Shown: positions 20,273 to 30,111 of the stretch, in pieces | How the letters are laid out: each line of letters begins with the position of its first letter | Numbering within the stretch: position 1 is the first letter of the stretch | Assembly: GCA_963849325.1 (NCBI GenBank) | Contig: CAWKHF010000002.1 | Coordinates: forward strand, 288,001 to 352,000 | Direction of reading: 5' to 3' | Origin: an uncultured Planctomycetota bacterium | Lineage (GTDB): Bacteria > Planctomycetota > Planctomycetia > Gemmatales > Gemmataceae | DNA: 64,000 bases | Notes under the pieces: model-generated | Database searches by the model: none | Told to the model about the DNA's origin: nothing | Seen by the model: only the letters and a program-made list of their open reading frames with translations | Translations under genes and position numbers: made by a program

Positions 20273-20629
20273 TCAATCGCCCAATACCTGCTGATACGCC
20301 TCCGCCCCGAAACCGACCAGCAGCGTATCGCCGATGCGCAACGTCGGCGCTTTCAGGTTGCCGCTGGGGCCGAGGAGGTGGGCCGCCAGCGTGTCCTCGT
20401 CGGGCGGCGCTTGCTTCATATCGAAGGTAACGATTTTCTTGCCCCTGGCCGTCACGACGCGGGCGGCGGAGTGCGCCAGTTTCAGCGCCTCGTCGCGGCC
20501 GCGCCGCTCCTTCGTCGCATCCACCACGGTCCCGCCGATGTTCCAATCGTGCGCCTCAAGGAACTCTTGAGCTTTCTTGCAGCTGGTTCAGCCACGGCGA
20601 TGATACATCCAGTCGATGGTCCCGGACAT
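20273..20629 (-). CDS. ArsC/Spx-like thioredoxin-fold (seleno)protein with UxxC
   Basis: ATG at 20629 with GGGAG SD; MSGTIDWMYHRRG-TGA-TSCKKAQEFL continues in frame into ORF 20273..20527 (LLGPSGNLKAPTLRIGDTLLVGF). Confidence 0.85.
20555..20571 (-). promoter_or_regulatory. Candidate bacterial SECIS hairpin
   Basis: CUCAAG-AGUUC-CUUGAG stem-loop; the loop starts 22 nt after the UGA. Confidence 0.55.
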
Positions 20630-20670
20630 GATTTCTCCCTCGCTTACGCTACAGGCTCCGACAGATGCCA

Positions 20671-21863
20671 CTAATACTTGAGCATGTTCTTGTCGATGCG
20701 ATCCGCCCAGGCCAGGATGCCGCCGGTGAGGTTCTTCAGCTTGGAAAAGCCTTGCTGGCGCAGGAAATGGATGGCCTTCTGGCTGCGCACGCCGCTCTTG
20801 CAGTGGACGATGATCTCGCGGTTGCGGTCCAGTTCGCCGAATCGCTGTGGCAGCGCCGGCAGCGGGATGACGGTGCTGCCGGGAAGACGGCAAATCTGCA
20901 CCTCCTCCGGGTTGCGCACGTCGAGGACGAAGACGTTTTCCCTCTGGTCCAGGCGCCGCTTCAATTCCTCGACCGTGATGTCACTGGCCCCAGCCGCGGC
21001 GGCGGGTGCCGACGTCTCCTGACCGCGCACGCCGCAGAACTGGTCGTAATCGATCAGCTTCGTGATCGTCGGTTGATCGCCGCAGACAGGGCACTTTGGG
21101 TTGCGCCGCACCTTGAACTCGCGGAAGCTCATTTGCAAAGCGTCGTACAGCAGCAGCCGGCCGATGAGCGGCGTACCCTGGCCGAGCAGCAGTTTGACGG
21201 CCTCGGTCGCTTGAATGCAGCCGATCAGACCGGGCAGGATGCCGAGCACGCCGCCCTCGGCGCAGCTCGGCACTTCGCCGGGCGGCGGCGGCTCCGGGTA
21301 CAGGCAGCGATAGCACGGCCCATGCCCCGGAGAGAACACCGATGCCTGGCCGTCGAAGCGGAAGATGCTGCCGTAGACGTTCGGCTTCTTGAGGAGTACG
21401 CAGGCGTCGTTGACAAGGTAGCGCGTCGGAAAATTATCGGTGCCGTCGATGATGACGTCATATGGCTCGAAGATGCCCAGGGCGTTGTCCGAACTCAACC
21501 GCGTCTCGTACAGGTCGATCCGTACTTCGGGGTTGATCGCCTGCAAACGGTCCTTCGCCGAGTGCAGTTTCGGCCGGCCGACGTCGGGGGTGCCGTGCAA
21601 CACCTGGCGCTGAAGGTTGCTGAAATCGACGACGTCAAAATCGACCAGACCGATGCGGCCGACGCCGGCGGCGGCGAGATACAGCCCTAGAGGCGAACCG
21701 AGGCCGCCGGCGCCGAGGAGCAGGACGGCGGCGGCCTTGAGCGCTTCTGTCCCTCCATGCCGACTTCCGGCATGATAAGGTGACGGCTATAGCGTGCGGC
21801 TTCCTGGGCTGACAGCGTGGCTCGCGTGGCGCGAGCGGAAAGGGAGTCGAGGGGGCCGGACAT
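20671..21863 (-). CDS. moeB: MoeB/MoeZ adenylyltransferase with C-terminal rhodanese domain (frameshifted near 21740)
   Basis: RYSRHLIMPEVG, GAGGLGSP, SNLQRQ, DGTDNFPTRYLVND, PCYRC, CPVC; rhodanese HCKSGVRS, GGILAW. Confidence 0.92.
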
Positions 21864-21887
21864 AGTGATGGTTCCACGATTCGCACG

Positions 21888-21944
21888 CCGAGCCGCGACC
21901 GTTAGGGAGCGATTTCTTACCGCTCCCTGACGGTCGCGGCTCGG
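21888..21944. repeat. REP-like palindrome family B (CCGAGCCGCGACCGTyAGGGAGCG...CGCTCCCTGACGGTCGCGGCTCGG)
   Basis: Inverted repeat; related copies at 28243-28300 and 48588-48652. Confidence 0.9.
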
Positions 21945-21948
21945 ATGG

Positions 21949-23185
21949 TTACTTGATGGCGCCGACGACGAGACAGCAGTTGTGTCCACCGAAGCCGAAG
22001 CTGTTGGAGAGGGCGTGGCGGACGGGCATTTCGCGGGCCGTATTGGGCACGTAATCGAGATCGCAGGCCGGGTCGGGCGTTTGGTAATTGATCGTGGGGT
22101 GGACGACGCGCTGGCGGATGGTCAGGGCGCAAACGATCAACGCGACGCCGCCCGAGGCGCCGAGCAGGTGGCCGAGCATGCTCTTGGTGCTGCTGATGAC
22201 CAGCTTCCGCGCGTGCGGGCCAAACGCATCCTTGACGGCATGCGTCTCCGAGGCGTCGCCCAGCGGCGTGCTGGTGCCGTGGGCGTTGATGTACTGGATG
22301 TCTTCCGGATTGAGCTTGGCGTCGCGCAGCGCCAGGCGCATGGCCTGGCTGGCCCCGGCACCCTGCGGATGCGACTGGGTGATGTGGTAGGCGTCGGCCG
22401 TGCTGCCGGAGCCGAGCACCTCGGCGTACAGCGTCGCACCGCGCCGCCGGGCGTGTTCCAACTCCTCCAGCACGACAATGCCGGCGCCCTCGCTCAACAC
22501 AAATCCGTCGCGGTCGCGGTCGAAAGGCCGACTCGCGCGCTGCGGATCGTCGTTGCGCGAGGACAGGGCGGCGCGGAGACGAAACCGCCTAGACCCATCG
22601 GCGTGATGACCGATTCGGAACCGCCGGCCAGCATGACGTCGGCGTAGCCCCACTGGATGGTGCGCAGCGCGTCGCCGATGGCGTGGGCCGCCGAGGCGCA
22701 GGCGGTCGAGACAGCCGTGTTCGGTCCGGCCAGGCCGAACTCGATCGACACGTTGCCGGCCGCCGCGTTGGGGATCATCTTGGGGATGACGAACGGACTG
22801 ATGCGGCCCGGTCCGTGGTCCTTGTAACGGCCGTGCTGCTCCTCGAACTCGTTGAGTCCGCCGATGCCGCTGCCGAGGATGACGCCACAGCGATAAGGGT
22901 CTTCACGGGAGAAGTCGAGGCCGCTGTCCTGGACCGCCGAATGCGAAGCCACCATGGCGAACTGGGCGAAGCGGTCCAGTCGATGCAGCTTCTTCCGGTC
23001 CACGAGGCTTTCGGGGCGAAGTCCTTGACTTCGCCGCCGAAGTGGACCTTGAAGGCGGACGTGTCGAATTGCTCGATGGTGCCGATGCCGCTCTGGCCCG
23101 CCAACAGCGCGGACCAGAGGCCCGGCACGTCGGAACACAGCGAGTTGACCGTGCCCATGCCCGTGATGACAACGCGCCGGGTCAT
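21949..23185 (-). CDS. fabF: Beta-ketoacyl-ACP synthase II (frameshifted twice)
   Basis: [49 protein letters not shown]. Confidence 0.95.
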
Positions 23186-23424
23186 TTCTTGGCTTGCTCC
23201 CGCTCGATGTAGTCGATGGCCTCGCCGACGGTCTTGATCTTCTCGGCCTGATCGTCGGGGATGGTGATCTCGAACTCTTCTTCCAACTCCATGACCAGTT
23301 CCACGATGTCGAGCGAATCGGCGCCGACGTCCTCCTGGAACGAGGTCTGGCGTGTGACCTGTTCTTTGTTCACGCCCAGGTTTTCGCAGACAATATCAAT
23401 GACACGTTCTTCAACGGAAGCCAC
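23182..23424 (-). CDS. acpP: Acyl carrier protein
   Basis: GTG start after [26 protein letters not shown]. Confidence 0.95.
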   Translation of the reverse strand: MASVEERVIDIVCENLGVNKEQVTRQTSFQEDVGADSLDIVELVMELEEEFEITIPDDQAEKIKTVGEAIDYIEREQAKK

Positions 23425-23696
23425 GGTTTGGGACCTCCCAATGCGATCTTCGTTCGTCCCGTGGACCAGGCGATCGTGCGCTCGACGGATCGCCGCCCTC
23501 GGGTTATGTAACACAGCGCACGCACGATGGGCAAGGGGTGTTGCCGCTGGCGGCTTGAGCGCTCGCTAAGCCGCCAGCGACCCTCTCTTCTTCGGCACTC
23601 ATTCCGCCTCGCGCGTCACGCTGCCGCCGCGGACGGCGCGGCGGACGTAAAATGAATAAGTACAGACAACAAGGGAAAATGGAAAGACCAACCGGC

Positions 23697-25070
23697 TCAG
23701 GCGCCGATGTTGTGGCAGTCCACCTTCCGCTGGACCCGTTTGAGCAGGCCGGCCAGCACCCGCCCCGGTCCGATTTCGTAAAAGCGTTCGCAGCCCGCCG
23801 CCAACAGGTTGCGCATCGTCGGCTCCCAGCGCACCGGCTCGGTCATCTGTCGCCGCAACAGAGCGCGGATCTCTTCGGGAGGGCCGTGCGGCTGGGCCGT
23901 CACGTTCGACCATACCGGCAGGCGCGGCGTCTGCAGCGGGACGGCGGCGAAGACGTCGGCCATCGCCTCGTCGGCCGGCTTCATCAGGGGCGTGTGGAAG
24001 GCGCCGGCGACGGCCAGCCGAACCGTCCGTCCGCCCGCCTCGACCACCCGCGCTTCCACGCGGTCGCAGGCCGAGCGGTGGCCGGAGACCGCGTAGTTGC
24101 CGGGACAGAGCAAATTGGCGATCTGCAAAATGTCATTCTGCCGGGCCGCGGCGCACAACTCCTCGACACGCGGCTGCTCCAGGGTGAGGACGCTAACCAT
24201 GCCGCCGGGGACGAGGTCGGCCGCCGCCTGCATCGCTTCGCCGCGCCGCTGGACCAGGCGCAGTCCTTCGTGGAAGGTCAACGCCCCGGCGAACGTCAGG
24301 GCCGTGAACTCACCGAGACTCAGACCGGCCGCCGCCACGCACTCGTCCAGCACCGCCGGGTTACTTTGCTTGAGCGATTCCAGGGCGGCCAGGCTGGCGA
24401 CGAACAGGGCGGGCTGGCTCACCACCGTCGAGTTGAGTCGCTCGGCCGGCCCGTTGACGCAGATGTCGAGCAGGTCGTAACCGAGAAACGCGCTGGCCTC
24501 GTCGAAGAGTCGGCGGGCCGCCGGCAGCGACGCACACAGATCGCGGGCCATGCCCACGGTCTGAGCGCCCTGACCAGGGAACAGGAAGGCGACGCGCCTC
24601 CTTGATGTTCCCTCCTCATTCGCCGAGAGCGATTGAGGCGTGCCGCTTGCTTGCGCGAGGAGAGTGGTCCCCTCGACCGGCCCTTCTTTCTCCGCTTGGC
24701 ATCTCACTTCCAAGCGCTGTTCGCCCGGAGTGTTCGTGAAGGCCACACGGAAGACGGTTGGAGGGTTGGTTCCGATCGAGAATTCGCCTTCGCCACGGTA
24801 AGGCGATACCGAGTCCGGAACTCGTTCATGGCAAAGAGTGGCCAACCGGGCCAGAATCGCTCGAAAGACAGACTTCGCAATCGGCACCGCGGTCAATTCT
24901 TGGGGGGGCGTCCCGAGCGGCTGAATGTGGCACTGATTAGCGTGCCAGACCATCTGAAATCCTTGTTCTCTGCACAACACCAGCAGATCATCGACGACCC
25001 CGACAATGCCGCGATGGGTAGGGGCAAACGCCCTTTGCAGGCGCTCCGGGAGTGGCGAATGGTTCTTCAT
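23697..25070 (-). CDS. fabD: Malonyl-CoA:ACP transacylase, apparently fused to an ~150-aa N-terminal unknown domain
   Basis: FLFPGQGAQ, QPALF, GLSLGE, LAVAGAFHTPLM, EIGPGRVL in 23697-24595; the reading frame is open up to the ATG at 25070. Confidence 0.85.
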   Translation of the reverse strand: MKNHSPLPERLQRAFAPTHRGIVGVVDDLLVLCREQGFQMVWHANQCHIQPLGTPPQELTAVPIAKSVFRAILARLATLCHERVPDSVSPYRGEGEFSIGTNPPTVFRVAFTNTPGEQRLEVRCQAEKEGPVEGTTLLAQASGTPQSLSANEEGTSRRRVAFLFPGQGAQTVGMARDLCASLPAARRLFDEASAFLGYDLLDICVNGPAERLNSTVVSQPALFVASLAALESLKQSNPAVLDECVAAAGLSLGEFTALTFAGALTFHEGLRLVQRRGEAMQAAADLVPGGMVSVLTLEQPRVEELCAAARQNDILQIANLLCPGNYAVSGHRSACDRVEARVVEAGGRTVRLAVAGAFHTPLMKPADEAMADVFAAVPLQTPRLPVWSNVTAQPHGPPEEIRALLRRQMTEPVRWEPTMRNLLAAGCERFYEIGPGRVLAGLLKRVQRKVDCHNIGA

Positions 25071-25429
25071 TCGACAGTCCGTATCTCCTTCGCAAGCGTT
25101 CCCCAAGCCGCAAGCAGTTCTTCCACACCACCGCCAATGTCGAACGGAACCAGACCCTGACTAAGAGAAAACCAGGCATTCACCGCCTTCTGAATGATGG
25201 CGTCGGGCACGTCTACCGCCAGAATAACAGGTCCGCCCTCGTCAGGGAACTCCCTCGCCTTGCTGCGGGCATAGTTTGCTGGAGTGCCGAATAGGAAAGG
25301 GCCGGCTTCGAGGTTCATGGAAAAACCGTCTGCCCATGCTTGCCCACCTGGCTCTTGGAACTGCGGATTCGGTCCCTGTTGTAGAATCTGCTGCGCGCGT
25401 GCTCGAGTTGTGCCATGTAACAGAATCAT
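25067..25429 (-). CDS. Hypothetical protein, ADP-ribosyltransferase-like motifs
   Basis: MILLHGTTRARAQQILQQG..GFS..ANYA..PVILAVDV; more AT-rich codons than neighbours; ATGA overlap with the next ORF. Confidence 0.6.
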   Translation of the reverse strand: MILLHGTTRARAQQILQQGPNPQFQEPGGQAWADGFSMNLEAGPFLFGTPANYARSKAREFPDEGGPVILAVDVPDAIIQKAVNAWFSLSQGLVPFDIGGGVEELLAAWGTLAKEIRTVE

Positions 25430-25494
25430 AATGGTCGCGACAGCGCCCCGAGGGGTACGAACACTCGGGCGCTGACGCAACCCCGCTCGCCGGT

Positions 25495-26505
25495 TCACTC
25501 GTCGGGGCTGCTCGGCGGGTTGGCTTCCAGCTCCTTGACGATCAACTCGTTGAGGCGAGCGCGGGCATAGCTGGCGGCGATGCCCAGCGCGTTCTTGATG
25601 GCTCGGTCGCCGGAACTGCCGTGACAAATGATGCACACGCCGTCGATGCCCAGCAGTGGCGCGCCGCCGAAGGCGCTGTAATCGTAGCGATGGACCAGGC
25701 TTTCGAGGGCCTTTTTCGCTTTCTCCTTCTCCACGTCCAGGGCGCCGAGCACCTCCTGATACGCCATTTGCAGCGCGAACTCGAAAACCCCCTCACTGGT
25801 CTTGAGTACGACGTTGCCGACAAAGCCGTCGCAAACGACGACATCGGCGGCCCCCTTCTGGATGTCGCGGCCCTCGACGTTGCCGACGAACTGACTGCGC
25901 AGCGGGCTGGCGTTGAAGAGGGCGTGCGTCTCCTTGGCCAGGTCGTGACCCTTCTGCTCCTCCGAACCGACGTTCATCAAGCCGATGGTCGGCTGCGGCC
26001 GCTGCAAAATGTGGCGAGCGAAGATACTGCCCATGACGCCGTACTGGAACAGGTGTTCCGGCTTGGGATTGATGTTGGCGCCGACATCGAGCAGGACGCA
26101 CGGGCCTTTGACGGTGGGCATGACGGCGGCGATGCCCGGCCGGCGGACGTTGCGGAGGAAGCGCTTGAGGAACAGGCCGCCGGCGACCATGGCGCCGGTG
26201 TTGCCGGCGCTGACGATACCCTCGACCTTCTGCTGGGCCAACAGCTGCCAGCAGCGGCTGATGGAGTTGTCCGGTTTCTTGCGCAGGGCGACGACGGGGC
26301 TTTCGTCCATGCCGACAGCCTGGGTGCAGTGGAAGAGCGGCAAACGGTCGCGGTTGGCGGCGCCGGACAGGAGCGATTCGACCTGTGCCTGGTCGCCGAC
26401 CAGCAGGACGTGCAGCTCAGGGTCGGCGGCCACGGCCTGCACGGCGCCGGCCACGATGGGTCCCGGAGCGTGGTCGCCACCCATCGCGTCCAGGGCAATG
26501 AGCAT
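25495..26505 (-). CDS. plsX: Phosphate acyltransferase
   Basis: IALDAMGGDHAP, SAGNTGA, LLDVGAN, DGFVGNVVLKTSEG, GGAPLLG, HGSS. Confidence 0.96.
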   Translation of the reverse strand: MLIALDAMGGDHAPGPIVAGAVQAVAADPELHVLLVGDQAQVESLLSGAANRDRLPLFHCTQAVGMDESPVVALRKKPDNSISRCWQLLAQQKVEGIVSAGNTGAMVAGGLFLKRFLRNVRRPGIAAVMPTVKGPCVLLDVGANINPKPEHLFQYGVMGSIFARHILQRPQPTIGLMNVGSEEQKGHDLAKETHALFNASPLRSQFVGNVEGRDIQKGAADVVVCDGFVGNVVLKTSEGVFEFALQMAYQEVLGALDVEKEKAKKALESLVHRYDYSAFGGAPLLGIDGVCIICHGSSGDRAIKNALGIAASYARARLNELIVKELEANPPSSPDE

Positions 26506-26508
26506 GGT

Positions 26509-26694
26509 TTACTTCTCCTCTTCGGCCGGCACGATCTCGCGGCCCTGGTAGTAGCCGCAGTTGGCGCAGACGTGGTGCGGCAGGATTGGCTGCTCGCAAC
26601 GGCCGCAATACTGGACCTGCATCGGCTTGAGGTGCAGGTGACTGCGCCGCTTGCCCTGGCGGGCGTGGGAGGTTCGTCGCTTGGGTACGGCCAT
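26509..26694 (-). CDS. rpmF: 50S ribosomal protein L32 (zinc-binding form)
   Basis: MAVPKRRTSHARQGKRRSH; CxxC..PHHVCxxCGYY. Confidence 0.96.
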   Translation of the reverse strand: MAVPKRRTSHARQGKRRSHLHLKPMQVQYCGRCEQPILPHHVCANCGYYQGREIVPAEEEK

Positions 26695-26777
26695 GACTTC
26701 GCCTTCTGGTTTGTTTCGATCCTTGTTTTCCTGGATGCGGCCCCACACGCCCGCGAGATACAGGGGTAAAGCGCGCT

Positions 26778-26806
26778 ATCGTAGGACAACCCCTGCCGAG
26801 TGTCAA
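26778..26806 (-). promoter_or_regulatory. Sigma70 promoter of the rpmF-plsX operon
   Basis: TTGACA-17 bp-TACGAT on the minus strand, ~85 nt upstream of rpmF. Confidence 0.75.
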
Positions 26807-26940
26807 GGTTCCACAACGCGGCGAGCGCGGGCCTTCGTCCTTCGCTCGCCGATGCTTTCCGTCATCATACAAAAGGAGAGGACAGCAGACAGGTCTCCGC
26901 TCGCCGGGCGGAGCGCGGGAGCGTGTCGAGAGGGCGGCCG

Positions 26941-27435
26941 ATGGATCAACTCTGGGCGCCGTGGCGTCTCTCCTACGTGGCGACGGCCAAGGCGCCGACC
27001 GCCGCCGACCCCTGTTTCCTGTGCGCGGGGCTGGCCGACCAGGACGATCGCAGGCACCTCCTCGCCCTGCGCACGCCGCTCAGCGCCGTGGTGCTTAACC
27101 GCTTTCCCTACAACAATGGTCATCTCCTCATCGCCCCGCGCCGGCACAAGGGGCGCCTCGACGAACTGACGCCGGAGGAATTGCTGGAGACCATGGAAAC
27201 GCTGCGACGCATGGTGGCCGTGCTCGATGAGTTGATGCACCCCGACGGCTACAACGTCGGTCTGAACCTCGGCCACGCCGCCGGCGCGGGACTGCCGGGA
27301 CATCTGCACTGGCACCTCGTGCCGCGCTGGCACGGCGACACCAACTTCATGCCGGTACTGGACGACGTCAAAGTCATCGTGCAATCGCTGGACGCGCTGT
27401 ATGATTTGCTGGTGGGACGATTGCACTCGCCATGA
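26941..27435 (+). CDS. HIT domain protein (Ap4A phosphorylase-like)
   Basis: MDQLWAPWR, CFLC, LNRFPYNNGHL, HLHWHLVPRW. Confidence 0.92.
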   Translation: MDQLWAPWRLSYVATAKAPTAADPCFLCAGLADQDDRRHLLALRTPLSAVVLNRFPYNNGHLLIAPRRHKGRLDELTPEELLETMETLRRMVAVLDELMHPDGYNVGLNLGHAAGAGLPGHLHWHLVPRWHGDTNFMPVLDDVKVIVQSLDALYDLLVGRLHSP

Positions 27436-27565
27436 ATACTCGCCGGCGGTTTGACGCGAAGCCGTCCGTGATGCCCGCCAAGTCCACCCGCGGAAACCAA
27501 AGGCGTTTTCTGCCCGCGTGGAACGCCGTGTGGTCCCTGAAAGCCTGCCACGTGGGAGTTCGGCC

Positions 27566-27952
27566 GTGGATCCTCTCCCGGAAGAGGTCAAGCGCTTCAT
27601 GGAGGCGAACATCGACTCCGTGGACCAGTTGGAGATCCTGCGTGTCCTGGGGGAAGATCCGCACAAGGAATGGAACGCCGCCGACCTGGCCCGCGAGGCG
27701 CAGACGCCGCCCGAGACCATCGGACCGCACCTGGCCGCGTTACAGGCGCGCAATTTGCTTGCCATTCAGGTGCGCGAGTCGGGCCTGTTCTGTCGCTACG
27801 GGCCTGGCACTCCCGAGTTGGAGGAGCGGATGCACCGTCTTCTCCAGGTCTACCGCGAGCGGCCGGTGACGATGATTAAGCTCGTCTACGCCCGCGCCCG
27901 CGATCCGCTCAAGACCTTCGCCGAAGCCTTTCGCCTCAAGAAGGGGAGTTAA
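27566..27952 (+). CDS. Winged-helix-like hypothetical protein
   Basis: GTG after GGGAG; VKRFMEANIDSVDQLEIL..FAEAFRLKK. Confidence 0.7.
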   Translation: MDPLPEEVKRFMEANIDSVDQLEILRVLGEDPHKEWNAADLAREAQTPPETIGPHLAALQARNLLAIQVRESGLFCRYGPGTPELEERMHRLLQVYRERPVTMIKLVYARARDPLKTFAEAFRLKKGS

Positions 27953-27954
27953 AG

Positions 27955-28218
27955 ATGGAAGGGGCCATCTATCTCCTCTGCGCGGCGACGGCCCTGGCCT
28001 GCTGTGTGCTGTTGCTGCGCGGCTACCGGCGCAGCCGGGTCCGGCTGCTGCTGTGGTGCGGCTTGTGTTTCCTGGCCCTGACCGTGGAGAATGTGTTCCT
28101 GTTTCTCGATCGGATCATCTGGCCGGAACCGGAAACGGATCTCTCGCCCTTTCACATCTCGGCGGCGGTGGCCGGGGTGGTGCTGCTGCTGTACGGCCTG
28201 ATCTGGGAGGTCAAGTAG
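27955..28218 (+). CDS. DUF5985-like small membrane protein
   Basis: IYLLCAATALACCVLLLRGY..RLLLWCGLCF..LLYGLIWE; three TM segments. Confidence 0.75.
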   Translation: MEGAIYLLCAATALACCVLLLRGYRRSRVRLLLWCGLCFLALTVENVFLFLDRIIWPEPETDLSPFHISAAVAGVVLLLYGLIWEVK

Positions 28219-28353
28219 ACCCCTTCGAGCCGGCGCACCCAACCGAGCCGCGACCGTCAGGGAGCGGTTGTTTACCCCGCTCCCTGACGGTCGCAGTTCC
28301 GACGGCATCAGCCACGCGGCGGGCATCGTCATGCGAGAGAACGAGGTGGCGAG

Positions 28354-28704
28354 ATGAGTCCGTTCCTGGTTGGAGTGGTCGGGATGGGCTTCGCCATTTC
28401 CTTCCCTCATATTCTGCCCGAGCGATTCGAGCAGGTCATGTTTGGGGCCATTGGCATGGGTTTCGCCGTGGCCGGTTTCTTTTTCCTGCGCTTCTGGCGG
28501 CAAACCCGCGATCGTCTGTTCGCCCTCTTCGCCCTGGCTTTTTTCGTCCTGGCCGTCAACCGCTTCGGCATCGCGCTGGTGGAGCGGCACGATGTCGAGG
28601 CGATGAGAGGCGACTACCTGTACTGGGTGCGCTTTCTGGCCTTCGCACTCATTCTGGCGGCCATCGTGGACAAAAATCGCTCCCAGCGCTCGCCTTCCTC
28701 GTGA
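28354..28704 (+). CDS. DUF5985-like small membrane protein
   Basis: FFLRFWRQTRDRLFALFALAF..YWVRFLAFALILAAIVDKNR. Confidence 0.75.
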   Translation: MSPFLVGVVGMGFAISFPHILPERFEQVMFGAIGMGFAVAGFFFLRFWRQTRDRLFALFALAFFVLAVNRFGIALVERHDVEAMRGDYLYWVRFLAFALILAAIVDKNRSQRSPSS

Positions 28705-28789
28705 CCGGGGTTGAGGCCGACGAGGGAATCCGCCCACGGTACAATGAAGCGAATGGCCTGACGATCCGGTGAATGTACGAGAGCGATCC

Positions 28790-29964
28790 ATGTCGGATGA
28801 CGCCCCCTTCGAGCCGCCCGATTGGCTCGACCGCGAAGACGAAGTGCTGGCCCCCTACGCCATGCACACGCGCCAGAGCCGCGGCCGCCGTCACCCCGAA
28901 GAGCCGCACCCCTTCCGCACGCTCTACCAGCGCGACCGCGACCGCATCGTCCACTCGACCGCCTTCCGCCGGCTGATGCACAAGACGCAGGTGCTCGTCA
29001 CCCAGACCAACGACCACCACCGCACGCGCCTGACGCACACCCTCGAAGTGGCCCAGATCAGCCGCACCATCGCCCGCCGGCTCGGCCTGAACGAGGATTT
29101 GACCGAGGCCATCGCCCTGTCGCACGACCTCGGCCATCCGCCGTTCGGCCACGCCGGCGAGACGCTCTCTCGACGAGTGCATGGCCGAGCACGGCGGCTT
29201 CGAGCACAACCTGCCACGCCCTGCGCATCGTCGACGGTGCTCGAGTATCGCTATGCCGACTTCCCCGGCCTGAACCTGTCGTGGGAGGTGCTGGAGGCGA
29301 TGGCCCTGCACAGCAAGCGGCGCGACGCCCCGGAAGTCGCCGAGTTCGCCGCCGTCGGCCAGCCGCTGCTGGAAGCGCAGGTCGCCGACGCCGCCGACAG
29401 CCTCGCCTACGACGCCCATGACATCGACGACGCCCTCAGCGTCGGCCTGATCACGCCGGACGACCTGCGCGAAGTCGAATTCTGGCGGCGCGTCCGTCGA
29501 GCAGGTGCAGCGCCGTCACGGCGAGCTGGCCGTCGAGCAATTCCAGCCGACCGTGGTCCGTCATCTGATCGACTGGCAGGTGCGCGACCTGCTGGAGCAC
29601 ACGTCGGCAGCGTCTGCGGCAAGAACGCATCGGCAGCGTCGAGGACGTGCGCGGCGCCGCCGGATCGCTGGTCGGCCCCGGCCCGGAAGTGCGGCGGCTC
29701 AAGGCGCGAACTGGAGGACGTTCCTGCGTCGCCGCGTCTACAACCATTACCGCGTGCAGCGCATGGCCGTCAAAGGCGGCCGCATCGTTGCGCCAGCTCT
29801 TCGACGAGTTCTGCCAGACGCCGCGGCTGCTGCCGGAGCGCTACGGCCGCCGCGTCGGCGGCGATCGTCCCGAGCGGACCGTCTGCGATTACGTCGCCGG
29901 CATGACCGACCGCTACGCCCAGGACGAATACCTCCGGCTGTTCCAGCCGTACACCATCGTGTAG
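28790..29964 (+). CDS. dgt: dNTP triphosphohydrolase (multiple frameshifts)
   Basis: RTLYQRDRDRIVHSTAFRRL, HRTRLTHTLEV, HDLGHPPFGHAGE, AYDAHDIDD, DYVAGMTDRYA. Confidence 0.92.
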
Positions 29965-30111
29965 AATGATTTTTTGGTCACGTACGCGATCGCCCCAAAG
30001 AGTGATGGTCCGCTCGTGGCGGATAGGCTCCGCACTCCCGCCGCTCGTTTCATCTCCCGTCTCCGCCGTGCGATCGCCAGCGGAGCGGCACAAACCGAGG
30101 GAGGTTCTTTC

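Noticed and set aside
21949-25070. Type II PKS or other secondary-metabolite cluster
   Set aside because: The rpmF-plsX context and canonical AcpP/FabF indicate primary fatty-acid synthesis
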